From contig CAXXLF010000001.1 of NCBI GenBank assembly GCA_963664015.2, positions 1,120,001 to 1,184,000 on the forward strand: a DNA stretch of 64,000 nt, written 5' to 3'. Of the stretch, positions 22,842 to 32,178 are shown piece after piece. The stretch's first letter is position 1; each line of letters starts with the position of its first letter. Under the pieces are notes generated by a model. The model searched no databases, was not told where the DNA came from, and saw only the letters and a list, made by a program, of their open reading frames with translations. This DNA is from Candidatus Binatia bacterium. Lineage in GTDB: Bacteria > Desulfobacterota > Binatia > UBA9968 > CAXXLF01. The translations under genes and the position numbers were made by a program.

Positions 22842-23957
22842 ATGCAACAAACCGACGACAAGAACAACTCCCTCTCTCTACTGTCTTGGCAAAGCATCCT
22901 GACGAGCCTCGACGATGCTGTGATCGTCATCGATCCAACCGCAAACGTATCGTTTTTTAATCAGGCAGCCGAAATCCTAACCGGGGCTTCCGCCCAGCAC
23001 CTCCTCCAGCAACCCTACCAGCAGGTCTTCAAGAGAAATCCGTGGCTTCTCGAGGTCGTGGAGAAGAGCCAGCCTCCCTACGACAGCAGCACCCGGGCGG
23101 AGGGCGATTACATTACCCCACGGGGACATTCGGTACCTATCAGTCTGGCGGTCTCCCCCCTGCAAGACCAATACGGCAAGGACTGGGGAAGCATCCTTCT
23201 CATGCGAGATATCACTCACCAGAAAGAGATCGAAGAACAATTGAAGTGCTCCGATCGTTTGGCCCTACTGGGAACTTTGGCCGCCGGCCTTGCCCATGAA
23301 ATTAAAAATCCTTTGGGCGGGATCAGAGGGGCATCTCAACTGATTCGGCATGAGGTCTCCCGGGATCCGTCGCTAGTCCAATTTACGGACATCATAATCC
23401 GCGAGGTAGATCGCATCAATCAGCTGATGGAACAATTGCTGGACCTGTCGCGGCCCCGCAAGCTTTACTTGGATGCGTTAAATATTCACGCCCTTTTGGA
23501 TCATGTCCTCTTTCTTGAAAGGCAGGCCATCGAAAGCGGCGCGGTAGTCATCAAGAAGAATTTCGACCCGAGCATCCCTCCCGTTCGGGGCGACCGGGCG
23601 CAGCTCATTCAAGTATTCCTAAACCTGATTAAAAACGCCATTGAGGCGATGAACGGGTCCGGGTGCCTTACGGTCACCACCCGAGTCGAGACCGACTACC
23701 ATATACGAGGTCCGGAAAGCGACGGGGGAAAATTCATCCGGGTCGACATCGAGGACGATGGCCCGGGCATCGAAAAGGAGCACCTCTCTCACATCTTTGC
23801 CCCTTTCTTTACCACCAAGAGCAATGGCACGGGTCTGGGCCTGGCTACGTGTCACAGAATCATCAAAGAGCACGGGGGTCTGATACGCGTGGAGACGTGT
23901 GAGGGGGAAGGATCTGCCTTCCGGGTTTCCCTGGTCATGGCGGATCAGGCCGGTTGA
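22842..23957 (+). CDS. ntrB: PAS-domain histidine kinase, NtrB/GlnL-like
   Basis: N-terminal PAS domain; H-box [17 protein letters not shown] typical of NtrB; NLIKNA, DDGPG, GTGLGL. Confidence 0.8.
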   Translation: MQQTDDKNNSLSLLSWQSILTSLDDAVIVIDPTANVSFFNQAAEILTGASAQHLLQQPYQQVFKRNPWLLEVVEKSQPPYDSSTRAEGDYITPRGHSVPISLAVSPLQDQYGKDWGSILLMRDITHQKEIEEQLKCSDRLALLGTLAAGLAHEIKNPLGGIRGASQLIRHEVSRDPSLVQFTDIIIREVDRINQLMEQLLDLSRPRKLYLDALNIHALLDHVLFLERQAIESGAVVIKKNFDPSIPPVRGDRAQLIQVFLNLIKNAIEAMNGSGCLTVTTRVETDYHIRGPESDGGKFIRVDIEDDGPGIEKEHLSHIFAPFFTTKSNGTGLGLATCHRIIKEHGGLIRVETCEGEGSAFRVSLVMADQAG

Positions 23958-23965
23958 GAAAAACA

Positions 23966-25399
23966 ATGGAACAGGGAAAGATCCTCGTCGTTGACGATGA
24001 AGAGTCCTTACGCCTAATCCTCAAGAAGAGTCTCGAACGGGAGGGTTATTGGGTCCAGACCGTTGGCAACGGCCGCCAGGCCCAGCGCTGCCTCCAAGAC
24101 AGCCCCTTCGACGTCTCTCTGCTCGACATCAAGATTCCCGATATGGACGGGCTTACGCTTCTCAGAGAGGCCAAGGAAGAGGGCATCGACACTTCGTTTA
24201 TCGTCATGACCGCCCAAAGCACGATGAGCAACGCCATTGAGGCCATGAAGGGCGGTGCCTTCGACTACATCACCAAGCCATTCGATCTGGATGAGATGCT
24301 GGTGGTTGTTCAGCGCGCGCTGGAAAACCGTAAATTGCGCCGAGACTTCAGGGAGCTTAAAGAGGAGGTCAAGAAGCGATACGAACCACGGGGCAATATC
24401 ATAGGCGAGAGCCAGGCCATGCAAAGGGTCTATAAAATCGTCGGACAAGTGGTATCAACGACTGCAACCATACTCATTCTAGGCGAGAGCGGGACCGGTA
24501 AGGAACTGGTGGCCAAGACCATCCATTACAACTCCCCTCGCTGGAACAAGCCATTTATCGCGGTAAACTGCGCAGCCATTCCCAGGGAATTGCTCGAAAG
24601 CGAGTTTTTTGGCCATGAAAAAGGCTCATTTACCGGCGCTCTCGAACGACGGGTAGGGAAATTCGAGCTTGCCGAAGAGGGAACTCTCTTTCTCGACGAG
24701 GTGGGAGAGCTCCCTTTGAACCTCCAAACCAAGCTCCTCAGGGCCCTCCAGGAGGGAGAGTTCAGCCGTGTGGGTGGACAGGATATACTCAAGGCAAATG
24801 TCCGCATCCTCGCCTCGACCAACCAAGACCTGGAAAAGGCCGTGCGTGAGCGGCGATTTCGAGAAGACCTCTACTTCCGCCTGAAAGTCATCCCTATCCA
24901 TCTTCCCCCGTTACGGGAAAGAAAAGGGGACATCACACTTCTGGTTGGCTACTTTATTGATAAGCATAACCGGGAGATGGGAACCCAAATTTCCGGTATA
25001 TCTCCGGAGGCCTTGAAGGTCCTGGAGGAGTGTCCGTGGCCCGGAAACGTACGGGAGCTCGGAAATGCCATAATTCGAGCTGCGGTTTTGTCTCCCGGGC
25101 CGGTCTTGTTTCCTAAAGATTTCACCCTATCCGTTGGACCGGAAGCGACCCCCACGGATTACGACAGTCTCTCTCTAGAGGAGATCCTCCAACACAAGCT
25201 GGCGGATTACTTCCAACGGACTCGAGGGGTTCAGGTGGAAAACCTCTACTCGCTGATTATCGAGCGCGTGGAAAGACCCCTAATCGAGTTGACACTGAAG
25301 GCGACCCAGGGCAACCAGATCCGCGCCGCCCAGATCCTGGGCATCAATCGAAACACCCTGCGCAAAAAAATTACCACCCTGCAGATCAAAGTGAAGTAA
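23966..25399 (+). CDS. ntrC: Sigma54-dependent response regulator, NtrC/GlnG-like
   Basis: Receiver domain (VVDDE, D, YITKPF), [14 protein letters not shown], Fis-type [23 protein letters not shown]. Confidence 0.8.
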   Translation: MEQGKILVVDDEESLRLILKKSLEREGYWVQTVGNGRQAQRCLQDSPFDVSLLDIKIPDMDGLTLLREAKEEGIDTSFIVMTAQSTMSNAIEAMKGGAFDYITKPFDLDEMLVVVQRALENRKLRRDFRELKEEVKKRYEPRGNIIGESQAMQRVYKIVGQVVSTTATILILGESGTGKELVAKTIHYNSPRWNKPFIAVNCAAIPRELLESEFFGHEKGSFTGALERRVGKFELAEEGTLFLDEVGELPLNLQTKLLRALQEGEFSRVGGQDILKANVRILASTNQDLEKAVRERRFREDLYFRLKVIPIHLPPLRERKGDITLLVGYFIDKHNREMGTQISGISPEALKVLEECPWPGNVRELGNAIIRAAVLSPGPVLFPKDFTLSVGPEATPTDYDSLSLEEILQHKLADYFQRTRGVQVENLYSLIIERVERPLIELTLKATQGNQIRAAQILGINRNTLRKKITTLQIKVK

Positions 25400-25403
25400 A
25401 CCT

Positions 25404-26060
25404 ATGACTAGGACCTTCGACCTTCCGTCGCCGCTCTACGGCATATTGGACCCCGCCCAGTGCCGCGGACGGCGGTTGAATACGGTGCTGGAGGAGTTGC
25501 TTGGGAGCGGAGTCAAATTGGTTCAGCTGCGTTTCAAAGAGCTTGCGAGTAAGGAATTTTTGCACCTGGCCATTCAGGCGAGGCGTGAGACCGCTCGCAC
25601 AGGATGTCTTTTGATCGTGAACGATCGAGTCGATGTGGCCCTGGCATCGGGTGCCGACGGCATCCACCTGGGGCAGGAGGACTTGCCCTTGGCAGCGGCC
25701 AGGGAACTCATGGGGCAAAAGATTATCGGCATCTCAACCCATGATCTGGCTCAGGCGCTGGAAGCTGAGAGGGGGGGCGCCAACTATATCGGAGTTGGCC
25801 CGATCTTTGGCACACACACCAAACAGACCGGATACGAGCCGAGGGGTCTCGAGATGCTTCGCCAAATCAGGTCCGCCGTCGGGTTGCCCATTGTGGCTAT
25901 TGGAGGAATATCGGAGGCAAGGGTCCGAGAGGTCTGGGACGCGGGGGCCCATGCAGCCGCTATGATCAGCAACCTGACAGGGGTTGAGGATATTCAGGGA
26001 ACGGTGCGGAGAATCCTGGCCATGGCTCAACCTTCCTCCACTTCGTCCTCCTCCGAATAG
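25404..26060 (+). CDS. thiE: Thiamine phosphate synthase
   Basis: VQLRFK, IVNDRVD, HLGQED, GISTH, VAIGGI. Confidence 0.95.
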   Translation: MTRTFDLPSPLYGILDPAQCRGRRLNTVLEELLGSGVKLVQLRFKELASKEFLHLAIQARRETARTGCLLIVNDRVDVALASGADGIHLGQEDLPLAAARELMGQKIIGISTHDLAQALEAERGGANYIGVGPIFGTHTKQTGYEPRGLEMLRQIRSAVGLPIVAIGGISEARVREVWDAGAHAAAMISNLTGVEDIQGTVRRILAMAQPSSTSSSSE

Positions 26061-27409
26061 GACTCGTCGCGAGTAGAAAAATCTTCAAAGCGAGTGATAT
26101 TGCTCAAAAAGGCCAGTTGTACGGAATCCGTTGGGCCGTTACGTTGCTTGGCTACGATGATCTCTGCCCTTCCCCGATCTGCGGAATTCTTATTGTAAAC
26201 CTCATCCCGGTAAATGAAGGCAATGACATCGGCGTCCTGCTCGATGGCTCCAGATTCCCTCAGATCCGACATCATGGGACGTTTGTCGCCGCGCTCTTCC
26301 ACCCGACGATTGAGCTGAGAGTTGGCAATCACCGGCACGTTGAGCTCCTTGGCAAGGGCCTTGAGGGAGCGTGAGATCTCGGAAATTTCCTGCTCCCGAT
26401 TCTGTGTGTTCCCCCTACCCCGCATGAGCTGAAGATAATCCACGATGATGAGGCCGATTTTTTTTCCCCTGTCTCGAACCAAACGCCGGGACTTGGCCCG
26501 GAGTTCGAGGATCGAAATCGCCGGCGTGTCATCGATATAGATGGGTGCTTCCGCCAATTTGCCCGCAGCAATGACAAGAGCAGGGAATTCTCGTTCGGCC
26601 AAATGCCCCGAGCGCACCCTCGAGTGATCCACCCGCGCTTCCGAGCAGAGCATCCGCAAACCCAGCTGTTCCTTGGCCATCTCCAGAGAAAATATCGCGA
26701 CCCCTATTCCCGAATGCAGCGCAGCGGTGGCCGCAATATTCAGGCTCAGCGCGGTCTTTCCCATGCTCGGCCTACCGGCAACAACAATCAGGTCCGACGG
26801 CTGAAGACCGGCTGTCAGTTTGTCCAGATCCTTGTACCCAGTGGGCACCCCGGTCACCATCTCCTTGCGCTCGTAAAGCTTCTCCACCAATTTGATGGAG
26901 TCCTTCATCATGTCCCCAAGCACGACAAAGGAGGACTTGATCCGCTTTTCTGAGATGTCGAAGATGGCCCGCTCTGCATCGTCGAGAAACGTTTCCACGT
27001 CGCCCTGATCTTCAAGACCACGGGTAGCAATGCTGGTGGCCGCACTGATCAAATGCCGCAGGATGGCCTTTTCCCGAACGATTCGCGCGTAGTGACCGAT
27101 ATTGGCCGATGTCGGCACCGCATTGGCAAGAGAGACGAGGTAAGCGGTTCCCCCAACCGCCTCCAACTCACCCTTGGCCTTCAAAAGATCCCCAAGGGTA
27201 ATAATGTCCACGGGCTCACTGCGATCGGCAAGCTCCATCATGGCACGAAAGATCTTGCGGTGGGATTCCCGGTAAAAGGCGTCCGAGGTCAGGACCTCCA
27301 AGACGCGATCCATGGCCTCGTTTTCCAGCAGAACACCGCCTAATATGGAGGACTCGGCCTCGAGATTTTGCGGCGGCACCCGGCGGAGGTTTTCATCTAA
27401 AGTAGCCAC
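26027..27409 (-). CDS. dnaB: Replicative DNA helicase
   Basis: PPQNLEAE, AGRPSMGKT, IVDYLQLM, SDLRESGAIEQDAD, KQRNGP. Confidence 0.99.
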   Translation of the reverse strand: MATLDENLRRVPPQNLEAESSILGGVLLENEAMDRVLEVLTSDAFYRESHRKIFRAMMELADRSEPVDIITLGDLLKAKGELEAVGGTAYLVSLANAVPTSANIGHYARIVREKAILRHLISAATSIATRGLEDQGDVETFLDDAERAIFDISEKRIKSSFVVLGDMMKDSIKLVEKLYERKEMVTGVPTGYKDLDKLTAGLQPSDLIVVAGRPSMGKTALSLNIAATAALHSGIGVAIFSLEMAKEQLGLRMLCSEARVDHSRVRSGHLAEREFPALVIAAGKLAEAPIYIDDTPAISILELRAKSRRLVRDRGKKIGLIIVDYLQLMRGRGNTQNREQEISEISRSLKALAKELNVPVIANSQLNRRVEERGDKRPMMSDLRESGAIEQDADVIAFIYRDEVYNKNSADRGRAEIIVAKQRNGPTDSVQLAFLSNITRFEDFSTRDESYSEEDEVEEG

Positions 27410-27606
27410 GGATTGAGTTCAAAGCTGAAGGTACATAGCCAAGGCGCCGATCCTGTCATCGTGTAACGCGAAGGAATAATCAGAACTAACCTAATTACTT
27501 GAACCTCAAAAAAAGGCAAGGGATTTTTTGCATTGACGGATAACGGATGCCCCATGGGTTCCGAATTCGGAACATGACACTCCTGTGGTATCAACCTATG
27601 GGGATT

Positions 27607-29397
27607 TTAGGCAAGGCGGGTTGCGAGTTCTTTGAGCTGCTGGCGCATACGTTTGGGCAGACGGTCGCCAAACCGGGAAAAGTGCTTGTCCAGGTCCGGC
27701 AATTCGGCGCGCCAGAGTTCTCGATCGACCTTGAGCAGCTCGTCAAGATTCTGGGGTGGGAGCTCAAGCCCCGCCAGGTCCAAGTCCCCGTTTTTGGGCA
27801 AAAGGCCGATGGGTGTTGGCTGCGCTTCAATTTTGCCCTCAACCCGCTCGCACATCCACTTGAGGACACGGCTATTATCGCCAAAGCCCGGCCACAACCA
27901 TTTTCCCTCCGGACTCTTGCGGAACCAGTTGACGTAAAAGATGCGCGGCGCGCGTTCCCCCATCCGGTCACCCATGTCCAACCAGTGTTGCATGTAGTCC
28001 GCCATGTTGTAGCCGCAAAAAGGTGTCATGGCGAAAGGATCCCGCCTGAGATTCCCAACCTGGCCGATATTGGCGGCAGTCGTCTCCGACGCGGCGGTGG
28101 CGCCGAGGAATACCCCGTGGTCCCAATTAAAGGATTCAGTAACCAGCGGGACGGCACCGGCACGGCGCCCCCCGAAAACAAAGATATCGATGGGTACTCC
28201 TTCGGGCTTTTCCCAGTCGCTTGCGATCTCAGGACACTGGGAAGCCGGGGCCGTGAAGCGTGCGTTGGGATGGGCCGCCGGTTGTTTGTTGTCAGGCGAC
28301 CAGTCCTGCCCCCGCCAGTCCACCGCATGTCGGGGTGGCACACCATCGATCCCTTCCCACCAGACATCTCCCTCGTCTAGGAGAGCGCAGTTGGTAAAGA
28401 TCGTGTTTTCCTTCACCGTGTCCATAGCCATGGGATTAGACTGGTAGGATGTCCCTGGTGCAACGCCAAAGAAACCGCTCTCCGGGTTGATGGCGTAGGG
28501 CCGGTTGTCGGCACCGATTTTCATCCAGGCAATGTCATCCCCCAAGCATTCGGCCTTCCAGCCGGGAATGGTGGGGACAATCATGGCCATGTTGGTCTTG
28601 CCGCAAGCCGACGGAAACGCAGCGGCGATGTGGAACTGCCTTCCCGCTGAATTGGTCAACCGCAAGATCAGCATATGCTCGGCCATCCAGCCCTCTCGGT
28701 AGGCCATTGCCGAGGCGATCCGCAAGGCGAGACACTTTTTTCCCAGCAGGGCGTTGCCGCCGTAGCCGGAGCCGTAAGACCAGATAAGATTTTCTTGTGG
28801 AAAGTGGCTAATGTACTTCTTGTCCATAGGCGCGCAGGGCCACGTAGAACCCTTCTCACCAGGATTTGTAACTGGGGCGCCGACCGAATGCAGACAGGGG
28901 ATGAAGTTTCCCTCCGGGCCAAGGGCCTCCAATACTCCATCGCCCACACGCGTCATTATGTGCATGTTACAAACGACGTACGGGCTATCGGTCACTTCCA
29001 CCCCGATCTTCGCTATGGGAGAGCCGATGGGTCCCATAGAAAAGGGAATGACATAGAGGGTGCGTCCCTTCATGGAGCCGTCATAAAGCTCCCTCATGCT
29101 TCGCTTGAGTTCATCGGGATCTCTCCAATTATTGGTGGGACCGGCATCCACCGAACTTGCAGTGGCGATGTAGGTTCGATCTTCAGTCCTGGCGACGTCA
29201 CTGGGATCGGACCGGAATAAAAAGCTATTGGACCGCCTCTTGAGCGGGATGGCCATACCACTAGCGACCATCTGCCCCATTAATCGATCGTATTCTCCCC
29301 GGGTCCCGTCGCACCAATGAATAGATTCCGGCTTGCAAAGGTCAGCGACTTCCCGGATCCAACCGTCCAGTTTTGCATTTCTCATCGTGTCAGCCAT
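27607..29397 (-). CDS. pckG: Phosphoenolpyruvate carboxykinase (GTP)
   Basis: [40 protein letters not shown]. Confidence 0.97.
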   Translation of the reverse strand: MADTMRNAKLDGWIREVADLCKPESIHWCDGTRGEYDRLMGQMVASGMAIPLKRRSNSFLFRSDPSDVARTEDRTYIATASSVDAGPTNNWRDPDELKRSMRELYDGSMKGRTLYVIPFSMGPIGSPIAKIGVEVTDSPYVVCNMHIMTRVGDGVLEALGPEGNFIPCLHSVGAPVTNPGEKGSTWPCAPMDKKYISHFPQENLIWSYGSGYGGNALLGKKCLALRIASAMAYREGWMAEHMLILRLTNSAGRQFHIAAAFPSACGKTNMAMIVPTIPGWKAECLGDDIAWMKIGADNRPYAINPESGFFGVAPGTSYQSNPMAMDTVKENTIFTNCALLDEGDVWWEGIDGVPPRHAVDWRGQDWSPDNKQPAAHPNARFTAPASQCPEIASDWEKPEGVPIDIFVFGGRRAGAVPLVTESFNWDHGVFLGATAASETTAANIGQVGNLRRDPFAMTPFCGYNMADYMQHWLDMGDRMGERAPRIFYVNWFRKSPEGKWLWPGFGDNSRVLKWMCERVEGKIEAQPTPIGLLPKNGDLDLAGLELPPQNLDELLKVDRELWRAELPDLDKHFSRFGDRLPKRMRQQLKELATRLA

Positions 29398-29504
29398 TGG
29401 TCCTTGAATGTCATTGTTTTGGCCCTCAGGGAGGCCCATGGATTCAACCCCGAACATATATTGCATATGCAAATTTACCCAGGAATTCAACTTCTGACCT
29501 AAAA

Positions 29505-31455
29505 TCAGTCTTCCTGCCTTGACGGACTGAGCAAACGCATTGCCTGATCCAGCTCTTGATGGCTGCCCAGTAGGATCAGGACATCGCCGGCGGCCAGATG
29601 ATAGTCAGGGGCGGGATTATGGAAAGACTTACCATCCCGTACTATTGCAATGACCGTGACCCCAAACTTGGCACGCACCTCCAGCTCGGCTAGTGTCCGC
29701 CCCACAGCCACCGACCCATCCAGCAGCAGGACCGGATCTGTTGTGCTTCCCACCAGATAACGGTTTAGCTGATCCAAGCTCTTACCCTCGAGCTTCAGCC
29801 TCCGCAGCATCAGGTAGCGTTCCTGACGAATGAGATCCACTTGGAGGGTTATGACGTTGCGTGGCACGTGGAACCCTTCGAGGACCCGGGCAAAGATCTC
29901 TACCGAGGTCTCGAATTCCTCCGGGATCACCTGATCGGCCCCGATTCGGTAGAGCCTATCGATCTCGGCCACGTAGCGAGTCCGGACCAGAATATAGAGG
30001 TCCCGCTTGAGGCTCCGCGCCTGCCAGACGATGCGGACCGTGGCAGCCACATCCGAGATGGCCACGACCAGGACCCGCGCCCGATCGATTCCAATACGTT
30101 GAAGCACCTCCGGCCGGGTCCCGTCACCGAAACGAATAGGCTCTCCCGAGTCCCTGGCACGTCTGACCAGATCCGGATCCATCTCCAAGATCTCGTATAC
30201 GATCCCCACCTCTTTGAGCACACGCGCAAGATTACGCCCGTTCAACCCATAGCCGATTATAATAACATGCCCGTCCGCTGATAGGGTTTCGGATTCTTCT
30301 AAGCCCGCCATTTCCCCGCCGCCACTGAACATGGATTCCAAGCCGAACGCCGCTCTGTGACCCCATTGGATAAGCAAGGGCGTGGCAATCATGCTCAGGA
30401 TGGAAGTGGCCAGAAAGGCTTGCTCCCGAACTTCTGAAAAAATACCGTAGCTCTGGCCGGCCTTTGCCAGGATAAAGGAGAACTCGCCGACCTGAGCCAG
30501 GCTCAAGGCCAACAACAGGCTAAGACGAACTGAACGATAGAGCCACCAGTAAACGACAAAAACCACCGCCCCGTTGATGCCCACTATCAGGAGCAGGTTC
30601 CACCGGGAAGCCAGAAGGTTCTCGAAAAGAAAGTGCAGGTTCAGCAGCATGCCGATTGAAATAAAGAAAATGCCGCTGAAGCAATCTCTCAAGGGGAGTA
30701 TATCCCCCACAATTTAATGGCTGAATTCGGATTCGGAGATCAAAAGACCGGCGATGAACGCCGCCAGCGCCAGGGAGAGGCCGAACTCGGATGTCAACCA
30801 CGCGGTCCCCAAGCAGACAAAGATGACAAACAGCAGAAAGATTTCCCGATTCCGCAAGGCTGCGACTTGCTGCAGGAGCCAGGGCAATGCCTTACGAGCG
30901 GTGAGGACCACAGTGACTAGAACGAGGACCGCCGTGAGAAGGGCCAATACGATTCGCCCGAGAGAGATATCCTCCGACTGCCCTAAGATCGGCACCAAAA
31001 GCATCATGGGCACGATACAGAGGTCCTGGAATAGAAGAATACCGGTCGCTATACATCTTGAGCACAATCGCCGTGCTGCTGAGGGAGACGAGAAATCCGT
31101 AGAAAATTCCTACCTCTAGAGTGGTGCCCAACGAAAGAGATACGAGCAGAACTGCAAGAGTCGTCAGAAGGATCTGAAGAGTCCCGGCCCAGATGACCGA
31201 ACGGCCCGCCGTCTGGATTTCCGCCAATGAAAACTCTAGGCCGATGGTGAAAAGGAGAAGAAGGATACCTATCTCGGCCAGCAGTTCGACTTGCTTTACA
31301 TCCCGGATCAACCCCAACGCTTCCGGTTCCATGATAACGCCGGCTAGGAGAAATCCGACAACAGTGGGGAGCCTCAGCTTTTGGAAGAGAAATACGATGG
31401 ATAAGGTGGCGGTGAGAACGATGAGCAGCTGTTTTAAGACACTAATTTCAGCCAT
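29505..31455 (-). pseudogene. CPA2 family cation:proton antiporter (KefB/C-like with TrkA-N and TrkA-C domains), disrupted
   Basis: Three collinear fragments. Frameshift/deletion at 31041-31053 (SSTAIVLKMYSDR / IATGILLFQD); nonsense TAA at 30714-30716 (SEFSH*IVGDILPLRD); QVGEFSF, IIGYGLNG, FGDGT. Confidence 0.9.
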
Positions 31456-31622
31456 GAAGATTCACCCGAATACGCTCGCGGATCATTTAAAAGCTAACGA
31501 TATCGCCGGGACCCGGCACTCGGAGATGAGACGCTTGGCCTTCGCCTAGTGGTTTAACACCCGGCCCGGGATAACGTAACCATTTAAAAACATGGTGCAT
31601 TCAAAAAGTTGCAAACCGAGAG

Positions 31623-31988
31623 TTAGGCTACGCCATCGGTTTTGTGAGCGGCTGTGACGACCGTATGGATTCCCCCACGCACGTTGAAATCCCCCACCAC
31701 AGTCATGGACCTGGGATGGCAAGCCCCCACCAGGTCGTCCAGGATCCGGTTGATAACATCTTCATGGAAGGCCCCTTCGTTACGGTACGACCAAAGATAG
31801 AGCTTGAGGGACTTCAGCTCAATACACCACTCGTCGGGCACATAGCGGATCCGAATCGTGGCAAAATCGGGCTGCCCCGTCCGCGGACAGACACAGGTAA
31901 ACTCGGGACACTCTAGACTGATCTCGTAGTCCCTTTCTGGTCTGGGGTTGACAAAGGTCTCCAGTTCTTTACTTGACGTTGTAGCCAT
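31623..31988 (-). CDS. queF: NADPH-dependent preQ0 reductase (type I)
   Basis: [29 protein letters not shown]. Confidence 0.96.
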   Translation of the reverse strand: MATTSSKELETFVNPRPERDYEISLECPEFTCVCPRTGQPDFATIRIRYVPDEWCIELKSLKLYLWSYRNEGAFHEDVINRILDDLVGACHPRSMTVVGDFNVRGGIHTVVTAAHKTDGVA

Positions 31989-32014
31989 CAGTGCATTTTA
32001 ACAAGTTCCAGCTC

Positions 32015-32043
32015 TTGGGACTAGAGTTGGTGAAAGGTATAAT
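32015..32043 (+). promoter_or_regulatory. Putative sigma70 promoter for the M16A peptidase
   Basis: TTGGGA-17 nt-TATAAT. Confidence 0.55.
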
Positions 32044-32178
32044 AGGAATTACACGTTATGGTTTGCCCATCGATGTTCCGTGGGCCAAGGATCAAAGCCA
32101 AACACCACGACATCGTTTGGGAACTTTTAGGGACCCTATTCAATTTTGACAACTAGACCAGATTCACGGAGGTGCCAC

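Noticed and set aside
31456-31622. Possible c-di-AMP riboswitch or NtrC site upstream of the K+ antiporter (GGGTGAATC; TGGTGCA)
   Set aside because: The other conserved ydaO elements are missing, and the TGCA-N10-TGCA spacing is one base off the NtrC consensus.
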